Assembly: GCA_027604505.1 (NCBI GenBank)
Contig: JADIIX010000018.1
Span: 1-64,000, forward strand
Direction of reading: 5' to 3'
From: Gonapodya sp. JEL0774
Taxonomy: Eukaryota
Length of the DNA: 64,000 bases
Below are positions 1 to 11,700 of the stretch, piece after piece. The notes beneath the pieces are model-generated. The model made no database searches, had not been told where the DNA came from, and saw only the letters and a list, made by a program, of their open reading frames with translations. The position numbers were made by a program, and so were the translations under genes. Position 1 is the stretch's first letter. Each line of letters opens with the position of its first letter.

Positions 1-691
1 CGTTCCTGTCAACACACGAATCTCCGTCACCGTTGCCCTGCCCGCGTCATCGCCGCCGCCGTCACCTTCAACGGGCCCGGTCGAGACCGACCACCTCACC
101 TTCTCCATCGACTCGCACGGCACTCGCGCGACCATCATCGACTTCATGCTGTCCCGTGTCCGTGATCGGTCGGACGGAGGGGTCCGGCACTTTCACTTTT
201 CCGAGGGGTTCTTTGACTTGCACGGTATGGTGGCTGGTACATGTGTACGGTGGTTTGAGCACTCCATGTTTATGCTCTTCAGTGATGCGCTGGCTTCGCA
301 CACGCACACCACGCAGGCGCCCCCCAGTTCGACATCATGAGGCAAATGCGGGATCTCACACGAGGGGATTGGGCAGGGTTCTACCCAAAGACCAACATCC
401 TGGTCAGTGGCTGCTCCAGATAACGATGCCATCGCACCCGCGTTTCACCCCTTACCGTGCGCCACAACACTCACCACATTCAACCCCCAGTGGTTCTCCC
501 TCATCGTCTCCGAGCTGCTCACAACCTCCCACGTGTCGGACACCGCCGACGTCGAGGCACGGGAGCGTCTCCGAAACCTGTCGAGCCGAATTTCGGGGTA
601 CGGGAGTGCCGTGGAGATGGTCAGGGGGGAGTGGAAGCAGTGGCGGGAGACACTGGGGGTGCGCAGTGCTGCGGTGGGTGGGCCAAAGTGA
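1..691 (+). CDS. HASPIN: Haspin-family protein kinase, C-terminal part (5' end outside window; exons <1-224, 317-402, 491-691)
   Basis: The spliced product reads ...ATIIDFMLSR...EGFFDLHGAPQFDIMRQMRDLTRGDWAGFYPKTNILWFSLIVSELL..., matching the haspin motifs IIDYTLSR and G-x-G-DYQFDIYRxMR...W..F.PxTNVLWL. Introns 225-316 and 403-490 are GT-AG. Confidence 0.8.
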
Positions 692-1102
692 TCAAGGGAG
701 ACACACGGGAAGGTTTTGATTATAATGATGAGTAAGGTCAAGGACCGCTCACCGCACCGATCCAAGACAAATATTGCGTGCAAAGAACCCTCTTTTTTTT
801 CTGGAGCGTGTATGTGTTGTGTGTTTGTATTGTTGATTAATTAATTTCGTCGTAATCAATGAACTTTTTATCGAGACCTTTGTAGATATGATTCAATTCT
901 GTTTCTTTATACTGAGGGTGTCGAAGCGTCTCCTTCACTTTGAGCTTGATAAGACATGAATCAACAAACAGTGTTTTTCACCCTATTACAAGTAAGATCA
1001 ACAAAAAAGGCCCTTGGTTCATTCCATGAATCGAGTTTCAAGAGTCCTCAATTATTTCTTCCCTGAATCGACGCACAAAATTCGCCACAAAAAGAATCTT
1101 AA

Positions 1103-2717
1103 CTAGTGAGCGCAGTTCATACTTCCCGCCGCCTCCCAAAACGCCGAGTCTGTGTGCTCCCCCGACATAACCGTACCGTTCAATCCGTATGTGAAAGCCT
1201 CGAGAGGATTATACGGACTACTGCCACGCTGGCCACGGGAGATCACGTCTGCGACGCGGGGCACATTGTTCGAGGGATCCTCTGTAACTGTCACACATCC
1301 TGGCATCAGGACGTCCTGAGTCAAGGTCGGATGCTGTGCTGCGAAGAAAGTTGAGACGGTATGTGATGTGGGCAGAATATGGAAACCGGGCGCAAACGGC
1401 GATTGAGCGTACGGTTGGTGAGTTGTGGTGCCGGAGACGGTGGTAATGAAGAAGCCTGCCGGTACGGTCTGTGTACTGGAGTTGCCATCTGTCCGGAGGC
1501 TGAGAAGTGCAGAGAGGTCTGGTTGGATGTCACAAGCAAGGAGTGTGGGGGAGATGTGGTGATGAAGGGCATCTGGTGATGGGTCTGCCAGTTGTATGCA
1601 GTGCACAGCATGGGGTTCCATGTGCTCGTTTGTTAATCAAGTCACATACTAATAGAGAGCCGCGGACTCACTGCTGTTTGATATCCAAGAGTGCGATGTG
1701 CACGCGTTCGCATCGAACACAGACCCGGTGCTCGTTGTGAACACGTCTGAATCAAAGGTCCTCGTCGTCACGGCGTTGGAATCCAAGTCTATGATTCCTC
1801 GGAGTGGTCCGGCTCCAGTGAACGCACCATTCAGACTGTTTGTCAGTCCGTGGTCTGTCCACGACCCTGAAAAGCACCTGTCCAAATCTGGAGGAGGCGG
1901 AGTGTGCTGGAGAATGGACAGGTGTGTGGAGTTGATCAGGCATTTGTAATGCTTCTCGTCGTCTGTGGTGCTGGGGCTGATGGTACCACTACTGCTTGTT
2001 CTGCTGGTGGTGAGGTTGCCGGCCTGGATGCAGCGCACATTACCGCGGGATGTGTTGGCGGTGGCCTTGTGGCGGGGACGCTTTTTGCCAGGTTTGATCA
2101 ACCCTTTGCGTTTGAGGGTCTGGCGTAGTGTGGAGCTGGTGGAGGAAGGATGGACGAAACAGAGAACGGTGAGTGAGTCAGCATGCGTCAGACTTCCTCC
2201 GTCCTGGAGAATTCAACACAAAAACCAACAAAAACTGCCCCACCGCACCCCAACAAAAACAAAACAAAAGAACGAATGAACGACAGCGACGGTGATGGCA
2301 GTAATAACAACAGCAACAACAACAGAACGGAACAAAGCATTCTCACTAGTCGATAACAGCGCCCTGCCACCACTCCGGGACGCGAAAACGCATGTTGCAT
2401 TTCTTCCCGTTGGGTCGGTTGCGATTACATGTTTGTGTAACGAGACGCACGTCGGAGTCGGCGGAGGCGTCGCGGCTCCGATCGTTGGAGCCGTTGGCGT
2501 TGGACCCTGGAGCACCGTGGGATATCCGAGCAAGGTCGACAAACTTGAGATTCACTGTGTGACTGGTGTAGTGATGGGCAATAACACAAAAAAAGAATTG
2601 AACTGAATGATGAATGATGTGCGATGAAACCTCCGTGAGCTGTTCATCCAAATTGAACCCTCTCATCCTCCAGCCGAAATTGTCCAGCATCCGTAACGGG
2701 TTATGGGAGGATTGCAT
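1103..2717 (-). CDS. Hypothetical multi-exon protein (orphan; 5' end uncertain)
   Basis: The minus-strand ORFs 2346-2717, 1649-2101 and 1103-1621 are collinear. The first two join in frame via a GTGAGA donor (~2346) and a GCTGAC...CCAG acceptor (~2137), giving CNRNRPNGKKCNMRFRVPEWWQGAVIDYSTLRQTLKRKGLIKPGKKRPRHK (basic, NLS-like). No family recognised. Confidence 0.4.
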
Positions 2718-5700
2718 AAATAGAAAAGCACCACCTCACAATGGCAACAGTGTTCTGCGCCCAGGTTGTGGAGAGCTCGACTCTCTCCGGTTCGAGGTTA
2801 TGGTGGCGCGCTCTTCTTGAATGTATTATGTGTGTGTCCAGGATGGACTCGCACACTCACCCGCAGCCTTCACGGACACACGTTACGGGCTCGACTTTGG
2901 CCAAGAGGCGAACTTGGGATAGCGGGAGGAGGTAATTGGCGAGGTTCATAGGTGAATGGCGGCGAGTGGGGTAGGTAAGATGGAACCGAGCGAGAGGATG
3001 TTCTTCTCAGCAGGACACGATACGTCCTCGCAACCAAAGAGACTGATGGACGACGGTGTTGTTCCCTTCTGCAAGGTGGAGAATCGGGGTGGGGTGGCTC
3101 GCTGGCTTTTGGATCGGACGGGATCAGACGATCTTTCAGAAACGTTGAGCGAAAATCGTATTGTGGAATATAGAATCCATTAAAACGAAAGTTATCCGGG
3201 ACCGGGGAAATAATATGTGTAATATCCGGATACCTGTTTGCAACCCCACTTTCATGGGCAGATCATGGTGACCTCCCCGAAACAATAAATACAATTTTGT
3301 GGGTGATTGGTTTGTGCCGAAGTAGCCAGAATATAATATACACAGAGAGACGAATATTCTTCCAGGAATCGCGCGTGAGACCGCCGGTTGCGACGATCGC
3401 GGACTCCGCTGGCGCAGCATTTCTGCCGCCGGCGGCTGCAAAAGTTTCGGCACTTTGAATCTGGGCGACACTGCTTGCTTTTTAACCCGTGCTTGTACAT
3501 GGTTTCAGGATTGTTTATGACAGTCTAATACGGTAAAGAATAAATTACCCTTTTGTGTCTCCCGTGGGCATGATGTCGTGACGAGGTGTGGGCGAGTACA
3601 GAACATGTCGAACTTGTCCCCCTCGGGCTCACGCCCACCCCTCTCCCGCTCTTAATCTTCTTGCAGCAATTATTCCTCACCGTACTCGAGTCATGTTTAC
3701 CCCAGTGCGCCGCCGGGGGAGGCTGTGCGTGGTTCAACACACACCTACTAGTAGGTGACTTCCCCGGAAATCCCAACGGCAACGGCGCACTCAGTGGTTT
3801 GTGAATACACATAACCCACATATTCTCTTTCTCATTGTTCATCCCCAATTGTCTTTTGTCTGCTTCCTCACGTTAAAAATGTGATGGTCCAGCCGCGCTC
3901 TCAATGGAGGCTGAGATACTGTGCAGCTTTGTGATTTATGTAGTGGTCGCAAGGTCACACTCGTTGTGTTCAATTCAGGAACTGCCCCCATGCCATAAAC
4001 AGGACTTCTTCTGGTCTGTTAGGTGCACGTTTCTTACTAGCTCTCCTAGATGTATGTTGCGTCAAAATCTACTGCCTTTCACGCACACGATTCCTACCAC
4101 TTTGCACAAACCATAGTCCGCCTCTCTCCTTGCTCGCACCCACGCCAGAGGCGGAAACACCACCATTTTCAGTGTGAACTACTTCTACCAAATCTCACTA
4201 CCATTGGCCACCGATGCTTATCACATACCTTCTGTTCGTCTTCCTTCCCTTATCGTCCCTCACCCACCCGGCGTCACTCTGCCACACCGACGGCGCCACT
4301 CCACGACTTATACGCCAATGTAGAACGTCGTACTAACAACTCACCTCCGGCCCATCCTCACCTTCTTTCACCCTGACACCCAGCCCTGTGCCTCACCCTC
4401 TCTTGTCTCACACTATCCTTCTCCAGACCCGCTCTTGTCTCCCCGGTCGCGTGCGGGTAGGATGCATAACGGTGGCAGTGTGAGGGGCATGTGGACGTCC
4501 TTGGTGTGAGCGTAGGCTGGGGACGCTTCACCCGTCGGCACGGCCTATCGATTCCAAAGCATTCCCCGTCCTCGCCTCACTTCTGCCAAACCCGTACTCA
4601 AGCCCGCTCTTCTACAGCCCTTCCGACCCTGCAACCCACTCTACATCCACCTCCACTGCCCCGCGAGCACCTCAGTCAGCCCTCGCGCCTCTCTCCCTCT
4701 CCATCACCCTGATCCGTCTTGTTGTCGAGGTGGCCGCAAGCGTGTGGTATGTGGGGCGGTGGGGATTTCTCCCCAGTGAGAGCGTACGGGGAAGAGGACA
4801 CAAGTGGCCGTGCGGGTAGTGGAAATGGTGGTGCACCGAAGATACTGCTGGTTGGCCTGTAAGGTGGAATCTCTCCTCCGGGGAGGGGAGCGGAACGGAA
4901 TGGTAGGTGCATGTATAGGATGGTGGTGAGATGTGAAGCGCGCAATCCGTAGAGAAGGAGAGGGCGGCCGCCCATCCGCAGGCGAAATGGGTGTACTCTC
5001 AAGTAATGATAAAAATGAGGCCTGAGTTGCGCAGGAATGTGCTTTCATAGATCCCGCGCTTGCTCCATGGACATGCGTTGGTGTGATCGATCGAGAAAGA
5101 GACATCGTATCGACCATCCTGTTTGCACCTCTTCATCGGCGCTGTCGAGATTTTCATTTGTAAGGAGCGTGGATATGTGTCTGGTGCTCCAGAACTGTGC
5201 ACTGAACAACGAAACGTTTGAAAGACTTCAGTGCTTGGAGACAAAGATCTTTGCGACAGTCACCGCATACCAGCCACAACAAAACTTTCATACTCGTGGC
5301 AGCATAGTTAAGATCAATCTCCATACATACTTCTCTCTGACTGTTGTACTGCAGCGCCGGGTTTCAACACTTTGTTAATCAGATGTCAAGTATCAACCCC
5401 ACAACGTCCAGATCAGCGAGAGCGAAAAGCCCCGAAGACGACGATAGAGTTTAATTGGTACGCTTCCGACGCCTGGCCCACTCGGACTCTCGTGAAGTGA
5501 AGACGTTGGTGCACCGTCGTGTCATGACGAGTCATAACATCGATGGATTAAACAGCAACCGAGACACGGACGCGCCATAGAAGGAACTTTTTTGCACCTA
5601 CCAATCGGCAAGGGGGATGATGGTCGCAAGTGATATACTTTTGGGCGAATTTGCCCGGAATGACCGGATCAGCCGCTGCAACCACTGATACTGCCAGGGG

Positions 5701-5831
5701 AGAGAGCCTCACGCGATCGTCCATGTGCCCATCTGGTTGAAGCAGCTTTTGAGTGCGATTCCGCGAGCACGGGCACCAACGCGCACAGTCCAGGCAGTCG
5801 CAGCAGCTGCAGCAGTGGCAGAGGAGCAGCC

Positions 5832-8363
5832 ATGGCGTCATCGTCGCCTTCGAACGGGCGCTCGAGCTCGCATCCGCAACCGCAGCTCCAGCCAAACTCC
5901 AGCGGCTCCGCCAACTCGCAGTCACAGAAACGGAACCAGTTTTCTCCTTATTTTACGTTTGTGCGTGCTGTTCCGTGCTTTTTGCGTTGATCGTGTTGTC
6001 TCTCTGCAACCGGCGGAAGTTGTGCTCCCCCATCGAGACAGTCTGACTTTGCTCTTCCTCAACATCACACTTCGCGAATTTTCTTTGCTTCTTTGATTTA
6101 TCTTATCTTTATCTCTTTCTATCACTGTTTTCACTCGTCTCTTTGTCTCGCCCCCTCTGTCTCCCCAACTCTGGCTCCCCCGTAGTTCCTCATATGCCTC
6201 ATGCTCGTCACCGGAACCTGCAACACAATCCTCTCAAAGCTCCAGGACATGTCCTGCGTCAGAAACTGCGACTCCCTCCTCCTCGACCCGTCTCCCCACC
6301 ACAACTCCTCCGAACCCGCACCAGCACCCGCACCCGTCTACTACGAACAACCCGTCTGGCAAACCATGATCATGTTCTTTGGAGAGTGTCTCTGCCTCGT
6401 CGCAGTCTACACTGGCCACGCAGTCCACGCCATCATCGAAGCCCGCCGCGCTCCTGTACCACCCGCCACCCCCAACGGACACCCTCACCCTGCACAGCAC
6501 GCAGGCTGGCTCTGGCACGTCAAAGACCGTCTCTGGGGACAATCAGCAGGATATAAACCCCTCAACACTGCTCCGGATGAGGAAGCATTCCTGCCCGCCT
6601 CGCAATCCTCCAACCACCACACACCCACACCGTTACCCTCACCAACACCTGCACCCACACCCTCGCACACCTCTCCAGCGCTCGCACTCCCTGACACTGT
6701 CCTCGACGATGACCCCCTCGACACTCAGCTCGTCCCTGTCGATGATGTGCAGACCCTTAGTGGATGGAAGAGGTTACTGCTCTGGGTGCCGGCACTGTGT
6801 GATATTTGTGCCACCACGGTGAGTGTGTGGGCGGAATCGGGGTCTGGGACTTGGCAGCGGGTTGTGGGTAGATGGTGAGGGAACCGAACAGTGGGAGTGT
6901 GGTGGCGCATAGACGGCGGGTTAGAGTTCGGAGTTTTGAGAGTGAATGGCTGCGATGAAAGGTATTAAAAGTGATTCAGGTGCAGGTCGGTGAGCGGTAA
7001 TGAGGGACAGCTGATGGGCACAACGCCGTTGCCCGCGCTCCAAACTCGAATGCCGTATTTCACCTCTAGCCTCCTTTTCGCCCCACCACCACCCCCAGCT
7101 CATGAACGTCGGCCTCATCTTCGTCGCAGCCTCCGTCTACCAAATGCTCCGCGGCGGCGTCGTCTTCTTCACAGCCCTCTTCTCCTCCTCCATCCTCGGC
7201 CGCCGCTTCGAACGCTTCCAGTGGGCCGCACTGGCATTTGTCGTCGCGGGAGTCGCCATCGTCGGGGCCAGTCCCCTGATCGAAGGGAGTGCGAAAGTGG
7301 GTGGCGAGGTCGGCGGGGTTGCTGTCGGGGGTGGTACTGGAGGCGGCGCGTGGACCGTGGCCGGTGTGGACGCGAGCGCAGTCGGCGTGGGGATGGTGCT
7401 GCTGGCGCAGATGTTCACGGCCACGCAGTTTATTCTGGAGGAGAAGATTATGTCGGGGTGAGTTGTCAATTCATTTTCTGGGCTAGGGACTCAAATGCGT
7501 GGTCCCATGGTCCCCTCGGAACAAGTTGGAAGAGTAACTGTTCTCATTTCCACGCGGCCCACCAGCTATCACCTCCACCCCCTTATGGCTGTTGGCCTCG
7601 AAGGCACCTTTGGCCTTTTTACCTCGTTGACGGCTCTCCTGCTTCTCGACGCCACCGTCACCCCGACCCACCCCGGCACCTACGTGGACCTCCGCGAGGG
7701 TTTCACCGACACGTTCTTGCGCAACCCGACCGTGGCGTGGGCGGCCTTGGGGTGTGTGGCCAGTATCGCCGTGTTCAATTGGTGCGGCTTGGAGGTCACC
7801 AGGAGGGTCAGCGCAACGAGTAGGAGCACCGTGGATACCTGCAGGTGGGGGTCGAGATGGAATGCTTGTGCTTGGGAGGGAAACGTGAACCCACGACCTT
7901 ATCGGTGCCGCTTGCTACTCCACGCCCCCCCCCCCNNNNNNNNNNGTTTTTTTTGTTTTTGTTTTGTTAACCTTAAACCACTTCGTTATGGTTGCCTGTT
8001 TTTTCGTCCCCCCCCCCCCCCCCCCCGCCCCCACACCCACCCCTTTCTTCCACCTTTTTGCCCGCAGAACCATTCTCATTTGGTTTATATCCCTTCAACT
8101 TGGCTGGGAACGGTTCCGTGGCACTCAAGTACTCGGATTCTGCGTGCTCCTTTACGTGAGTAGGGCATTTGTTGGTCCATATCCACAGCAACCGAGTGCC
8201 CCCTTCTCACTCCCAACCACCGGCACTTCTACAGGGCACCATGACCTTCAACGGCGTCATCCGACCACTTCCGTTTCTCGCCCCTCGGTCCATCCAACTG
8301 CCATCGGGACCGCCGTCGAGGGACGAGCAGTACGTTGCCGTAAGGAGCGAAGGGGACTTGTAG
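5832..8363 (+). CDS. SLC35F6: SLC35F6-family (EamA/DMT, nucleotide-sugar-transporter-like) membrane protein, ~6 exons
   Basis: Motifs LMLVTGTCNTILSKLQDMSCVRNCD, YEQPVWQTMIMFFGECLCL, WVPALCDICATTLMNVGL..ASVYQMLRGG..FTALFS, FTATQFILEEKIM, AVGLEGTFG, SIAVFNWCGLEVTRRVSATSRSTVDTCRTILIW. Exon 1 (5832-5960) splices in phase 0 to 6186. Confidence 0.9.
7936..7945. other. Assembly gap (10 N) next to poly-C tracts inside an SLC35F6 intron
   Basis: Literal n-run at 7936-7945; C homopolymers immediately before it and at ~8008-8026. Confidence 0.95.
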
Positions 8364-8726
8364 GTGAATGGAGCGGGGAAGGTGGAGATGTATGGAGCAG
8401 GAGAATATACAGCGCATCGGGAAGACGGGAAAAGCAGGGCCCTCACTGGGAACATGATTATCCTTGGATTATCATGGTGGACTGAATCACTTGCGATGTG
8501 CGATGTGGCCGGCGCTTTTTACAGACATACGGATTGTTTGGGTGGGTAGCTGGTGAGGGGAGGGAGTTGTGGTTCGGTATTTTCTGTAGACTCGCTTACA
8601 TGGAAAAGATGACAAAAACAGAAAGCTGGCTAATGTTTTCAACAACTCCTTCTACTGGCTGCGAGCCAAGATTTGTCTGGATGCCCCTCACTTGCGAAGG
8701 CACCGACTAGCAAAGCGCTCGGAAAG

Positions 8727-11700
8727 TCAATTCGATCCTTTGCGACGATACCACACAAAAAGGAAAATGATGATTCGATTGAAGACGTAAAATCCGAGGA
8801 GGATCGCGAAATTCCTGTTCCAGTACGGGAACCCAAACCAACCAGGGTCAAAACAACCAGCCCTCGTTCAGCCGATCGCGAGATAAAATCCACTCTCCAG
8901 GTACGCACCTCCATCGATTCGCGTAGGACCATGCAAGGACGTATTCCAGGTAGAAGTTTCCACTCGAGATCGGGGAATATTGGCACAGATCAGTGGCTTC
9001 TGGATTGGCCAGAAATCCCCCAGATTGTGAGATGTACGATCCGGCCCACTTGATTGGTGAGAGGATTAAAAGTATGAATCAAAATGCGTAGACAGTGTGA
9101 GTCAACTCCTACCTGCTGGCAAGTCATACCGGTGGGAGGGTAGAACTGCTGGTATTCTTGTGTGTCGCAAACATAAGCTTCGTTGTGGAGCTGAACCGCC
9201 AATGCCGCTTCCGAGTAGTAGTGAAATGGATTCAACCAATACATCCAGTACTATTGCCCGAAATAAAAGACACGATAAAGCATGAGTCCGACGTGTAATG
9301 TGAATGGTTTCCGGAACCCATCCTCACCTTCCAAAAGACATTGAGTTGGGGATGTGATGAGACTATACCAGTAGTTTGGACGAGTATGGTGATGATCAAT
9401 GGATTCAAAATAACTATGTAACGGTGGCACTGTTTAGCGGCTGGAGATATGGTAATCGCAGATGTAGCATACCGGCGAAGAGTAAATTCGGAACAAAATG
9501 CGGCAATCATCTGCCCGAGGGAAGTGGCCCAGAGTGAAAATACCCAGAAGACGGCGAAGAATGTGCCTGCGCGGCACCGTCGTGAGCCGACTTAATTCCG
9601 GTCAGTAGCTGGGTCACCGTGGAATTGCGAGAGATGTCAGGCAATTTGTACATCAAGATATTCCATTCCACCCACGTCAAGATCAAAGCGAATACCGTGG
9701 CTGAAATGATTACCACTGGGATTTCAGCGTCAACAATGGCTTCGGCCCAGACGATCCAGCTGCAAAAGCCACTATTCATCTCTCGAAGAGCCCAAGATTG
9801 TTCGAAGGAAAAGTGCGGTTGAACAATGTTTACTGTGGTAATTCCCTGGAACACGGACTAGGATATGAGATGTGTCACTTTCAAACCGGTTTGATTCATA
9901 CTCACCTGCCCGAGGGTAAAGAAAATGATAAATAGACGCATTTGTAGTCCTATTTGGTTGTTTAGCACTTGCAGGTAGGAAATTCCAACAATCAAATCGA
10001 GGATGATTAGATGCCCGAAACGGCCAGGCACATAATCCGGCAATCTAGCATATTAAGCACTCGTTAAGGACCTGTGCGCAGACTTCCTATTTTGCCCTCT
10101 CGCTCACCTATAGAATGTCACCCATAAGCGTTTGAGAACCGCCCAATACTGCGACACGGGGCCTAGTTTGTTCTCAGAATGTCTTGGTAATTCAGGAGCA
10201 GTGATGTCATTCTGCTGCCCCTCCGCCAGTAGTCGTTCGACTTGTCTGTCTGTTGCAGCACTTTCATCTGACTTTTGCCACACCTCAGCCCAGTCGCGTT
10301 CAGATTCAGGACCACGCAATCCATTCGGAACATCCAAAATGCACTGCAACAGCACGCGCAAGATCAGTCGTAAATGCGACACTGCTCTGATAACTTGACT
10401 TACTTCTGCGGGATTCTCATTTTGCTGCACACGAGGACCTCCGTTCGTTTCAAAGTATTCGAGAAGGGTTTTGCTGTTCACTCCAACCTCTCCGAAGTAC
10501 ACAACTTGACCGCCCCACCTCAGGAAGAGAAGGGCATCAAAAAACGAGAATAGGGTTGCTGACGGTTGGTGTATAGTACAAATGAGATTCTAGCTGCTTC
10601 AAAAGCCGAACAAGATTGTACGCTCACTGAGAATTCAAGCCAGACGTAGGTTCATCCAAAAAAACTTGAGGTTTAGCAACAAGCTCGATGGCAATGGTAA
10701 CTAGTTGGGTTTCCAAGTTTGTTTTACTATATGTTCTCACCCCTTCGTGCACGAATTCGCAACGATGACAACAGGATCAGTCAGAGAGCGCAGGTAAAAG
10801 ATGAGTCCATCATTCTAACCTTTTTCTTTCTTACAGAGAAATCCCAATCCCACTCTCTAAAGTTCCTATCACAGCATCAGCGATCTCCTCCATTTCAAGG
10901 AGTCTGATCACCTCCATCACTGTTGTATCTTTTTCGCTCTGTGGTACATCTGCTGGTTGTCGCATATAAGCTGAAAATCGTATTGCTTCATTGACCGGAG
11001 ATTATGACAAGCATGTGTTCACTCCGGGAGTGCCGTCACAACACACATTTCGAATACGAACTGTCTTCAAATGGTTGTGAACATCGTTCTGCTCCGCGTA
11101 CCCAGATAATACTAACAAGTTAATCTTTGTAAAAGATCAGAAACGTTTAAGCTCGCGCAAAAAAATTGCTCACGCTTGAATCTGTCATCCTGTGGCACAC
11201 GCCCTAAGAACACACTTCCCCCAATGGTTCCTGTTGTCTTCCTACAGGCGAGTACATCAAGTAGTGTCGTTTTGCCTGAAAAATGGAGAATATAATGGTG
11301 TTAAACTGACCAGTTTTGCAATTCCGGTGCGATTTTAGAGTTGGAATCACCTGCTGCACCAGAAGATCCCATCAATGACACCAATACTCTTGGCTTTGCA
11401 AAACCCGTGACATTATTAAGCAACCTTTTATCTCCCACTGTGTAAACAATGTTCTTCCAAATTAATGGAGGAGGGAAAACCGAAGTTCGTGTGGGAGGGC
11501 TGCTTCCATGGCACTTTCGAGTGAAGACCGATCAATAACCTTCCCACGGTTTGGAGATACTATGATTCTTCTTCGTGGACGTTTTTTGAAAGCATTTATC
11601 GAAAATCCTCCGTGACCAAATTCCACGAACTGTGTTGCAAGAGACGCAATGGCGGTGTAAAAGAGGAACCAGCCGAAAAGTGCGACAATGCAAATCCACA

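Noticed and set aside
33..719. 228-aa ORF and many other overlapping six-frame ORFs (e.g. 6990-7823, 27606-28385, 59343-59930)
   Set aside because: Shadow or antisense frames of spliced genes in GC-rich sequence, with no recognisable motifs.
2210..2340. CAA/AAC-rich tract giving a hydrophobic ORF tail on the minus strand
   Set aside because: Low-complexity sequence inside a predicted intron.
3180..3460. Short palindromes (TATCCGGATA, GCCGCCGGCGGC) as possible MITE ends
   Set aside because: No paired terminal inverted repeats or target-site duplication could be identified.
3742..3757. Perfect 16-bp palindrome CACCTACTAGTAGGTG
   Set aside because: About one such palindrome is expected by chance in 64 kb (64000/4^8), and there is no supporting context.
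10624..10626. In-frame TGA in the ABC transporter as possible selenocysteine or recoding
   Set aside because: It replaces a Ser-type position, not a redox Cys, and the same gene has TAA, TAG and frameshift lesions, so it is ordinary decay.
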